This document shows, one piece after another, positions 52,201 through 62,100 of a stretch of DNA of 64,000 nt. The notes under the pieces are model-generated. The model was not told the DNA's origin, made no database searches, and saw nothing but the letters and a program-made list of their open reading frames with translations. Source of the stretch: Isurus oxyrinchus. Taxonomy: Eukaryota. A program made the translations under genes and the position numbers. Every line of letters begins with the position of its first letter. The stretch's first letter is position 1. The stretch is taken from positions 1,364,001-1,428,000 of the forward strand of contig JANJGN010000052.1 in the NCBI GenBank assembly GCA_026770705.1. The letters are read 5' to 3'.

Positions 52201-54755
52201 TTCAGGAGGAAGACTCCCCACCAGCTTCTCAAGGGGAAACTAGGGATGGACAATAAATGTCAGCATTGCCCGAGAATGAGTATTTAAACACTGAGTGAGT
52301 GTATCGCTTCTCGAGATACATCGGAGCATCATTGTAAACCTGTAGTGCAGTAATTAATGGCTGTTTTTACAGGTAGAGACTCCAGTAAATGGACAGTAGG
52401 ATTGTTCACGGCTGGGATCATGTTGAGTGTTTTCCTGGCTGGAATCTTCATCTTCATCTGTGTGAGAAAGTAAGTCTGAAGATTTAACTTGATTTTAATA
52501 TAAACATTTGTTGAGGACTAATTGGACAGTTTTTACAAAGGGCCAGCACAGGCACGATGGGCTGAGTGGCTTCCTCCTGAGCTGTGAGATTTTAAATTCT
52601 TTAATCAAATGTGACTGTCACTGGTGAGGCCGTTATTAACTTGCCCATCTCTAATTGCCCTTTGAGAAGGTGGTGGTGAGCTGCCTTCTTGACCCGCTAC
52701 AGTCCATGTGGTGTAGGTACACCCACAGTGCTGTTAGAGAGGGAGTTCCAGGATTTTGACCCTGCGACAGTGAAGGAACGGTGATATATTTCCAAGTCAG
52801 GATGGTGAGTGACTTGGAGGGGAACTTCCAGGTGGTGGTGTTCCCATGTGTCTGCTGCCCTTGTCCTTCTAGATGGTAGAGGTCGTGGGTTTGGAAGGTG
52901 CTGTTGAAGGAGTCTTGCTGAGTTGCTGCAGTGCATCTTGTAGATGGTACACACACTGCTGCCACTGTGTGTTCATGGTGGAGGGAGTGAATGTTTAATG
53001 TGGTGGATGGGGTGTCGATCAATCGGGCTGCTTTGTTGTTGATGGTGTCGAGATTCTAGATTCTGTGCTTTGTGCAGAAGTGATTTAAAGAGACAGTCCC
53101 AGTCATTGGTGTAAGTTACAGTGGGCTCTGTGTCTGTGCTGCACTGACTCTCTGCTATATGATAACCACAGTGTGATATTGTGTTATTGCAGGAGAAGGA
53201 CAGCAATGGAGGAGAGAGTTTCAGGGAGCAGAGACATTGCATTGACCCTCAGTTCACTCTCTGTGAACCACCAGGTACAGGAGCTGTTTACACTCACTCC
53301 AAAGCTTCAATCTCAGTGTGTAGACAACACATGTCCCAGATTCCCAGCCCAGTTACCCACTGATTTGTACCTGTGGAGTCAGCAATGGTTCAGTATCATG
53401 CTGTCTCTCTGTTATGACACAGCAACTGGTAAAGGCTGTTGTTTAAAATCCCAGAGGAAACTTTAAACAACTGTCATAACCTATATTTCCCAGTGGAATG
53501 TTTGAGATGCAGCTCTAAATTCAGGAATAAGAGCACCAGTTCTCGACATGGGTGTTATATCAAACTACATGAGACATTTATTAATTTACACAAGTTAAAC
53601 ATATGCACATGGCTACAAGCGAGTATTATCATAACTTTTTAACAAATTCCCAAACTAATCTCCTCTAAGACAACCCATAGACTTTAAGCAGACACCAGGC
53701 AAAGCATTTTCACCTCACAAATTCCAAATGAGGTTCCTTTCACTTTGGTTCCTTTGCAGACAGATGTAGGCTTACAGCTGCTTTGATGTTACAAGCCTCT
53801 GCTCTGCACACACAAAACTGCTCAAGTTATACCCAATGCTTCTCTTTGAATGTAAATTCTCATTGAATCATCAGGACCTTTGAACTCCACCCTTCATCGT
53901 ATCAATTTTATTAGTAATATAAACATTGATTCGTTTAAGATTTCACTCCCAGACATTGAATGCTCTGTTTAAAAATGGAAATTACCCCTTTACCTCTTTG
54001 TTTACATCTCAAAACTACTTGACATCAAAGTACCCGGACTGGCTGGCTTTAATCCAATTAAAACACTCACACACACACACCCACAGACTAAACCTCTGTT
54101 TAAAAAGACAATTTCCAATTACATTACATACATTAATAGATTAATAACACCCTATCTCTATCCCTTTCTCTCTTTCTCTTCCCTCTCATCCTCTCTCTGA
54201 TTACAAGGTTCTTGTTAATGAGCCTCACGTCAGGTACCTGAATGCAGAATCCAAGCCGGCACTCGCCAGAGACATTACCGAGGGAGTGCGAGACTGACAG
54301 AGGGTCAGTCCTGAGGGAGTGCTGCGCTGTCGGGGGTCAGTACTGAGGGAGTGCTGCCCTGTCATAGGTGGTTTCTTTTTTATGATATGAGAGAGAGAGT
54401 AAAACCAACTGAGACACGACTGACACTAATGAGGCTGCACAATAATTTAACCCTATCAGTGCCAGTAAATGATGTGAGGATGTCTTCTGTTTCCATTTCT
54501 CTGTAGGGTAAACAGAACGTGCTGATTACTGAGCCCCGGAACACAACCAGAGACACAACTAGCGAGGGGGAGACCCCAGCTCCCCGGGGTCTCTCTGAAG
54601 GTCCAGTGGGAGGTGGTGCTGGACATGGGAACCCTGACAATCCCAACGACCTTCTCTACGCCAATCCTCAAGTCTTCAGGGTGCGCAGTGGTGATGGGAC
54701 TGTCCACAAGGAAGAGGAGACGGAATACGCACAGATCAGATTCAAGCGAAACTGA
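34243..54755 (+). CDS. Gene B: Siglec-like (CD33/MAG-related) inhibitory-type receptor, L-V-V-C2-C2-C2-TM-cytoplasmic, ~695 aa
   Basis: Exons 34243-34282, 38873-39250, 42447-42815, 43629-43925, 48331-48612, 50977-51270, 52373-52469, 53193-53274, 54507-54755; all GT-AG; total 2088 nt, in frame. Confidence 0.85.
36050..38200 (-). mobile_element. Decayed Gypsy-type LTR retrotransposon relic (gag with Cys/His knuckle; LTR-like segment ~36970-38196)
   Basis: MSTKFPSLNWDVADRLSEFRMFKQRTELWF and CPAFHQSCKACGRKGH gag-like text; boundaries approximate. Confidence 0.55.
38873..39250 (+). CDS. Gene B V-set exon 1 (N-terminal type; essential Arg replaced by Thr)
   Basis: 378 nt, phase 1-1, VGLSQEW...REDAGSYFFTIKF. 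Confidence 0.9.
39440..40460 (+). mobile_element. L2/CR1-clade LINE reverse transcriptase fragment (frameshifted)
   Basis: LQSG...ETALIKVTN...LLVLLDLSAAFDTLDHTILL and LQLNIGKTEAIVF RT motifs. Confidence 0.85.
40540..41480 (+). repeat. Degenerate 37-bp minisatellite directly 3' of the LINE fragment
   Basis: Same unit as 8800-9180. Confidence 0.85.
41570..42330 (-). mobile_element. CR1 LINE 3' fragment
   Basis: QRDLGVLVHESQK; MRRNFLSQR...LWNSLPQRAVEA. Confidence 0.8.
42447..42815 (+). CDS. Gene B V-set exon 2 (internal type, DKPSQEW)
   Basis: 369 nt, phase 1-1, YFFR Arg retained, extra Cys 42545-42547. Confidence 0.9.
43629..43925 (+). CDS. Gene B first C2-set exon
   Basis: 297 nt, phase 1-1, DFTDKPMIFPAEIIAGKRVDVSCTFNTTCNG. 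Confidence 0.9.
44300..46340 (-). mobile_element. CR1 LINE fragment (~2 kb)
   Basis: ORFs 44697-44978 and 45868-46317 are CR1 ORF2-like. Confidence 0.8.
46380..47450 (+). mobile_element. Gypsy-type integrase fragment
   Basis: TRFPETIPL...FFTHYGLPLEIQSDQGS followed by STAYHP-like text; decayed. Confidence 0.75.
47662..47915. other. Assembly gap (N run) following a (CA)n microsatellite
   Basis: Run of n after CA repeats ~47533-47661. Confidence 1.
48331..48612 (+). CDS. Gene B second C2-set exon
   Basis: 282 nt, phase 1-1, DAPQNLSITS...ICSVESFPASNLTW...DTGDYQCVAENEHG. Confidence 0.9.
48945..49995 (-). mobile_element. Penelope-like element (mirror of 9320-10375)
   Basis: ORF 49459-49788, GIY-YIG signature. 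Confidence 0.75.
50977..51270 (+). CDS. Gene B membrane-proximal Ig exon (MAG domain-5-like)
   Basis: 294 nt, phase 1-1, YKPEISQQSECTRRSEGVTCVCVTTSNPPG. Confidence 0.85.
52373..52469 (+). CDS. Gene B transmembrane exon (uncharged TM)
   Basis: GRDSSKWTVGLFTAGIMLSVFLAGIFIFICVRK; AG/GTAAGT bounded. Confidence 0.85.
53193..53274 (+). CDS. Gene B cytoplasmic exon 1
   Basis: 82 nt, phase 2-0, KRRTAMEERVSGSRDIALTLSSLSVNHQ. Confidence 0.75.
54507..54755 (+). CDS. Gene B terminal cytoplasmic exon (LLYANP, TEYAQI)
   Basis: Phase 0, ends RFKRN*. Confidence 0.85.
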   Translation, partial: GKQNVLITEPRNTTRDTTSEGETPAPRGLSEGPVGGGAGHGNPDNPNDLLYANPQVFRVRSGDGTVHKEEETEYAQIRFKRN

Positions 54756-57700
54756 GTGTGATACGGAGAGAGGGGGTGAGGAGGTTTGTGGGTGGGGGCA
54801 GGGATTGTGATTCCTTGGAACATGAGACAACCCACTGGGGGAGAGGGGGAGAGAGGGAGGAAGGGACTGAATGGATCTGTGGTTGGTGTGGTTTGGAATG
54901 AAATGTTTCCCCAGAGACGACTTGATGCTGAGTCATTGGGGACAGAGATTCAGTGTCTCTCTCTCTCCCAGTCTGTCTCTCTATCTCTCTCTCCTTCTCT
55001 GTCTGTCTCTCTCTGTCTCTCTCCCTCTGCATCTCTGTCTATCTCTCTCCTCCTTTAACATGGTCCTTATTAACTGGTTTTCTTAACTCAGCTTTTTGTC
55101 ACCTGTCCCTTATATCTCATTATTTGTCTCAGAGATGGATTTATATGTGGTTAACAATCCCCTGAAGAGTTTTGGGACAGTGTGCTACTTTAAGTGTGCT
55201 ATATAAATGCAAGTTGTTGTAGTAACGTTGATCTGCCTTGATTCAGAATGGAAACACGGAGAATCCTTTGACAGGGCGTGTGTGCAACAGGCTCGCAATA
55301 AATGCATTGCACGGCAACAACTAAGCATGTCCGTTGATGCTGATGCATCCCAGTCCTGCTGTGTGGACACATCACAACCGAGGGACTGCCTGACTGCGTG
55401 CAGCTAACATGGCAGAGTAGTAATTAGCAGAAATGTGACGTCACTGAACTTTGTTAACATTTCAGAATGTGCTTTCTGAATTCTGCAACTTGTTTATTCT
55501 GTGATAGATTAAAAGAAGCTTTTGCATTTTCTATAATATTACATTTATTGTCACAAGGGATTGAAATGCCCAGACAACACTGTACAGATATATTTTCATT
55601 AAACAGCTTACTCTGGGACAACCCCCCTGCTCCAATCTGTTAATTCATGTCATTGCATTTCCCCACCAAATTATGTAAATTCATGTGTCCACATTTATCA
55701 TGAAAATTTCCCATGTAAACATGTCACACTGTACTTACACTCTCTTGCCAGTGGTGGTGCTGTAAGCACACCAGATACTTTCTCAGCGATTGCAGGACCT
55801 CTCCGAGTTGTCTTTACAATATTATTAAGATACAGGGAATGGGGACAATCTTCACACTGTGGTTACGATGTTGTTAAGACAGATAGCTGGTGAAACCTCC
55901 CCCCCCCCACTCCCGAGGCAGAATCTGTTCTGGCTGTGAGACCCCCACACTTATCCCATGCCCCCTGTTCATTTCTCCATCCCTGCTCTAACTTAGCGCT
56001 TTTGGACATGACGGGCGGGGCCCACAGGAAAGTGTGGAAGGGCTGCCCATCGCAGCTGGAACAAGGATCCTGGCAGGTCTCCCAGGACAGAATGGCGGAG
56101 TGGGGGAGGGGGAGCAGTGGGGTCAATATCCACACCCTCCAGGAGGGCAGCATCATTCATCAGGGAAACGCAGGGCCGAATGCCCCTCCACCCGGAACGC
56201 TGTCCACCATGATTTCAACGTCCTTCACCGGAAGCCTTTTGAAGGTTGCCGTGGCCAGATTTCAATCGGCCGCTTGGTCACCATTGGTCCAAGCAGTCAC
56301 TAAGCACCCACCTCTGCCCGCCCCTTTGAACTCATTCTGCAGCCACATCTTATGCTGGCAGGCCTTAATTAGCCCGGCCGCGTAAAATCGCAGCGCGGAG
56401 CTGATCGCGGGCAATAGTCGGATTCCTCACCGCCCCCAGCCCTGTGCACCCCTGCCGAGGGCAAAAATCTGACCTGAAGGATCCCAGCAGAATAATAAAG
56501 AGGCAGAAATGATGATATGAGAGTAAACTAGCAAGAACCATAAACAATGACAGTGAGATGTTGTACATTAAAATAAGAGAGAAGCTACAGTAATAATGGG
56601 ACACATAGAAAATCAGACTGGGGAATTAATAATAGGAAACAAGGAAATGACAGAGACTTCCAACAAGAATTTTGTGTCTGTCTTCACAGTAAAAATCTCT
56701 AAAACCATCCCAATAGCAGGAGAAAGTCACGGTGCAACAAGGAGGGAGGAACATAAAACAATCACTATCACCAGAGAACAAGTATTAAGAAAACTAATGA
56801 GACAAATGCTGACAAGTCCCATGGAGCAGACGGCCTGAATGTGAGGGTCTGAAAGGAAATGGCTGCAGAGACGGTGGATGCATTGGTTGTAATCTTCCAG
56901 AATTCCTTAGATTATGGGAAGGTCCCAGCGGATTGGATAAACATAAATGAAACACGTCTGTTCAATAAAGGGGGGAGGTAGAAAGCAAGAAACTACAGGT
57001 CAGTTAGTCTAACATCTGTCATTGGGAAAATACCAGAATTCATTATGAAGGAGGGAGCAGCAGGACATTTAGAAATCCATAATTCAATCAGACAGAGTCA
57101 ACAAGGGTTTGTGAAAGGGATATCATGTTTGAAAAAATAATTAGATTTCCTCGAGGATGTAACAAGTGGATTGGATAAAGGGGAACCTGTAGATGTGGTG
57201 TATTAGGGACTATGACACAGCCAAGGGTAAAGGCCGAGTTGTTCAAATCCCAGAGGGAAAATTGAAACAACTGTCATAACCTAATTTTGCTATTTGTAAT
57301 TTCGAGATGAAGACTTTGAATTCAGTAGGAATAAGACCACGGAGGCTTGTGGGTTTTTTTTATATAAAACTAAATAAACCATTTATTAATTTAACAACAA
57401 AATTAACACATACACATTGGCTACAAATAACTATTATAATAACATTTTAACAAATCCCCCAATTAATCAACCCCACGTAAACCTCTACTAAGGCAACAAT
57501 GAACCATTGACATAATATAGACACCAGGCAAAGCACATTTGACATTACAAATTCCGAATGAGGTTCCTTTGCAAGTTGGTTGGAGGCTGCAGGCTGGTTA
57601 GGTCTGAAATGCTCCTGCCTCACACACACAAACTCCTTCCTTTATATAGCTAGCTTTCCCTTTGAATGTAAATTTTCCATTGTATCACTCGGACTTCTGA

Positions 57701-58550
57701 AGTCCAGCTCTTCGAACAATAAAACCCCCTTTCATAGCACCAATTTCATTAGTAAGTTCAAGAAAAAACACATCTTTTGGCTCCTTCTAACTAGGTGCAA
57801 GATTTTACCCCCAGTCTGGAATGGTTTATTCAACAATTGCAAATGAACAATTTACTGTTCTCCTCACAATTCACCCAATTAACATCTCAAAACTACTAAA
57901 CATCAAAGCACACAGACCAGCTGGCTTTAATCCAATTAAGACACACACAGACACACACCTATACATGGACCACCACTAGAATTCTATTTGAAAATATAAT
58001 TTCCAAGCACATTTTACACACAAATATCTCTTCATGACACTGGATTTCCAAAAGGCATTCGATAAGTTGCCACATCAAAGGATACTGCACAGGGTGAAAT
58101 TGGATGGTGTTGGGGGGGATATATTAATATGGATAGAGGACTGGCTAACTGACAGGAAACAGAGAGCCAGGATAAATGGGTGATTTTCAGCTTGGTAAAC
58201 TGTAACTAGTGGAGAGCCACAGGGATCAGTGCTGAGGCCTCAACTATTCACAATCTACATTAGTGACTTGGATGAAGGGACTGACTGTACTGTAGGCAGA
58301 TTTTCTGACTGTGCGGTGAAGATAGGTAGGAAATATATAAGCTGAGCAGGAAAGCAAATTATGAGGAGGACATAAAGAGGCTGCAGAGGGAGATAAATAG
58401 TTTCAGTGAGGGGATAAAAAAATGAGTGGATGGAATATAAGGAATATAAGGGTGTCCAGCTGATCTTACTTGTTCTGTTCTTATATTCTTATACAGACAC
58501 AAGGTTTACTGACAGTGCACAGCAAAGTGCTGTTCTCTCACTTTGTTCCA

Positions 58551-58690
58551 ACTTCCTCATTTTGACTCACTGAGACACATCAACCCTTTCTAATTAAACA
58601 CACAGAGGGAGCAGCACAGGAAGAGGTCATTCAGCCCAAGCAGAGCGTGTGGGCAGTTCCTCCCCAGGCGAGCAGTCGGACAGGCCCTGG
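58551..58690 (+). promoter_or_regulatory. Gene D promoter / non-coding exon 1
   Basis: ACTTCCTCATTT ETS motif plus TGACTCA 58563-58569; donor GTAAGT at 58691. Confidence 0.55.
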
Positions 58691-59123
58691 GTAAGTAACG
58701 GAACGATTGGAATTCACTTCCACGACCAACACCGTCCTTTGCTGATGTTGTGACTTTATAAAGACAGATTCCAATGATTGATGCCTTTGAAAGATTTCTA
58801 CTGATTATTGAGATCTGGGTGTGAGGCTCAAGTCTGTTGTACAGAACATCTTTCTAGCTCAAAGGACATGAGCTTGGGGACATCCTGAGGTGGTGAAAGC
58901 GGATATAGAAATGCAAGACCTTCATTGTTTTTCTTTCTGAAAGCATTGTAACTCTCTGCAGAGCACCTATCATCCCACAAAGAATCAAATTAGTCTGTGA
59001 AGATATTGTCTAAAAGCAGTTCTGATCTCTCGAGAGCATTCGGACAAGAGGTGAGGTCTCATTAACTCCTTTCTCTTTCAGAACTTCAGAGTTAGAAGCT
59101 GAGGAAATATCTGAGAGTGGACC

Positions 59124-62100
59124 ATGATTCGGAAATCTTACTTCCTCCTGTCACTTCTCCAAGGTAATACCATCGTCAGCTCAGACAGATTTATGGTTAA
59201 TAGTCTTTGTAAAAGAACATTCTTATTGAGCTCTGATAGGGAACTGAATCAGCAGTGATCCAGTGTACAAACTCACACCAAGTCCCATTCATCCATGACC
59301 ACTGTGCTCACTGATATACACTGAATCCCTGTCTGACAGTAGAATTGGAGGACAGCAGAGGTCTTGCAGGGTTGTAGGGGCTGGAGGGGTTTACAGGGAT
59401 AGGCAGGTTTGTAGCAGCTAGAGCAGAATCTTAAAATTCAGTTGCTGTCGGACGTTGGTCACTGAGCGATTGGGATTGATGGGTTGAGTAGAGAAGCAGG
59501 GATAAATACTGGTGGATGAAGCCTATCCTAATGTGAGGTCTCCTATAGCAATGGCCTGAAATTTGTGTCCTTTCCTGCCTTTATTCAAAATTGCCCATGA
59601 AGACAACACAGCAGCTCCTAGAATAGACAGGCTGTTCAGTGTCACACTTCCTGTCCATTCTCACCTTGCTAGATACTTCAATAAGGGAGCAAGATAACTG
59701 ATAGAGAGAAGGAAGGTAAAACTGTCTGTGTGTAAAACTGTCAAATATTCTGAGTTATCATGAGTGTCTCTGATCCGCTGCAGAGTTTAAATTTCACAGA
59801 ATCTGAGCACTTTGCAGCTCAGAGAGAGACCATTGACTCACTGCCTGAAAGGGCGGTGGAAGCAGATTCAACAGGAACTTTCAGAAGGGGAACTGGATAA
59901 ATACTTGAAGGGAAATTTGCAGGGCTGTGTGAAAGGTGCTGGAGAGGAATTGGGAAAGAGCCAGCACATGCACGATGGGTCAAATGAGCTCCTCCTGTGT
60001 TGTATCATTCAACAATCAGACAATTTAAGAACCTTGTCAGCAAATCTTCAGAATCCTGCTGAATCACAGATGTTTCAGAAGGACAGGGAACAAGAAGTTT
60101 CTGGTATCAGCGTTTCATGTGGGGCCCAGTTCAGTTTGAGCAAAAAAATGACAACAGCATCTTTGAAAGTCATGAACCCACCACAGCGGCACCTCCGACA
60201 CATGCAGAGTTCAGGCTAGAGGCGCTTTGTTAGTGTGTTTCACAGTCTCTGCTGGAGTAGGGTCAGTGCTGAGCTTGGGGACAAGTCAGTCTACAATGCT
60301 GCATCGGAATCAACAATACAACAATATGGGGTTTGGATCAGAAATAATCCCTTAGACAATGAGGATCCAAAGAGATTCCTTAGACAATGAGGATCCAAAG
60401 AGATTCCTTTGGCAGTAAGAATCCAAAGAGATTCCTTATTCCATTGGTTGTCTAACTGGGGTCCATGATTTTCCAAGGGGTCCTTGGCAGAATCAAATTA
60501 TCGAGCAATAGTGTGTAAAATACCGGAGAGAACGGGAAAGGTGGGATCAATGGAAAACTGTTCACTCTGTTTACACTAATGGGAGTCAGTCTCAGTAATG
60601 GAGACCATGAAACTATCATCGATTGTCATACGCACCCATCTGGTTCACTAATGGCCTTTAGGGAAGGAAATCTGCCGTCTATATCTGGTCTGGCCTACAT
60701 GTGACTCCAGACTCATAGCAACGTGGTTCCTCTGAAATGTCCGAGCAAACCATCCAGTTCTCACCATGCTAGAAACTTCAATAAGGGAGTAAGATAACTG
60801 AAAGAGAGAAGGAAGCCTAAGCTGTTCATGTGGATAGATGTCAAATATCCTGAGTGATCATGATTGTCTCTACTCTGCTACAGAGATTATGTCACGGGAC
60901 ATTAGAGATGGGCAGTAAATGCTGGCCTTGGCAGCGACGCCCACATCCCATGAATGAATACATTTACAAAATCTTATTACTTGGAAGGTGCAAGTGCAGG
61001 TTGTTATGATCCTTGAGCAGACCCTCTCAGCACTGACCCTACTCCAGCAGACCCTGTGAAACACACTAACAAAGCGCCTCTAGCCTGAGCTCTGCATGTG
61101 TCGGAGGTGCCGCTGCGGTGGGTTCATGACTTTCAAAGATGGTGTTGTTTATTTGTTCAAACTGAACTGGGCCCCACACAAAACGCTGATACCAGAAACC
61201 TCTTGTTCCCTGTCCTTCTGAAATATCCGTGACTTCAGCAGGATTCTGAAGAGTTGCTGATGGAGGAACAGGCACCCAATTTTTTTTGATAATTTACAGT
61301 TAGGAACCAATAATATTTTGTTTCAAGTAGACGAGGTTTGAGATTTAAGATGCTTGTGAAGAGAATAAAGCTACAAGATTCTATGGCTTTTAAACAAACA
61401 AAAATAAACTTTACTGCACCAGCTCAGAAAGATAAAATAATTCACAATATCCACCTTATACTCTAACATTCTGGATTAATATGAGCTCATGTGAATTAAC
61501 AGGCAAACTGTGGTCTCACAGCCACATTACTCATTAAATTGTAAACGCAACCAAGATAGAGCCCATGGATTTCACAACAACCCACCTGGACATCAGTGAA
61601 CACTGTCAGTCAACCAATCTCACTGAAACTCTATTCTCTCATGAGGGATTCCAATCTTCAACTTCGAAGATCTTGCCTTGGAATTCTCTCCAAAAGTCGC
61701 TTCAACTCGGATGGCCTCAGTGACATTCGACCTCACAGGGTTTCCATCTCTTCTCCTGAGGCTCCATTGCCCTGGATTCCCGACTATATACTCAAGCACC
61801 ACTAGGATTAGATGAAAGGTTTTGATTGACTGGGTAGACAGAGAATGTTCCCTCTTGTGGGCAGGAGAATAACTAGAGGCCGAGTGATTGGTGATTCCTT
61901 AAAAATTGAAGAGGGAATGAACACCAATCAGATTGAATCAGATTAGCCAATCAGCTGTGTTGAAGAGCAGACAGGAATGTTAGGCTAATTAGTGATTCAT
62001 GATGGTGATAATGGGGGGAGTTCTGAGGGCTCCTAATCCATTGTCCTGTCTTGTAAATCAGCACTGAATGGATCTCAGTTGGTGTGTCTTGTAGACACTG

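Noticed and set aside
53240-53262. IALTLSSL / IALTPSPL as a third ITIM-like motif
   Set aside because: Neither copy has a tyrosine; ancestral loss is speculation.
34243-54755. Naming gene B (or A) as MAG or CD22
   Set aside because: The last Ig domain and EYAQI tail are MAG-like, but the multi-V layout, rapid duplication and variable loops do not fit single-copy conserved MAG. Orthology needs a phylogeny, so no symbol was assigned.
55297-55302. AATAAA as the gene B poly(A) signal (mirror 4062-4067)
   Set aside because: Plausible, but other AATAAA/ATTAAA-type candidates exist and none can be chosen without transcript data.
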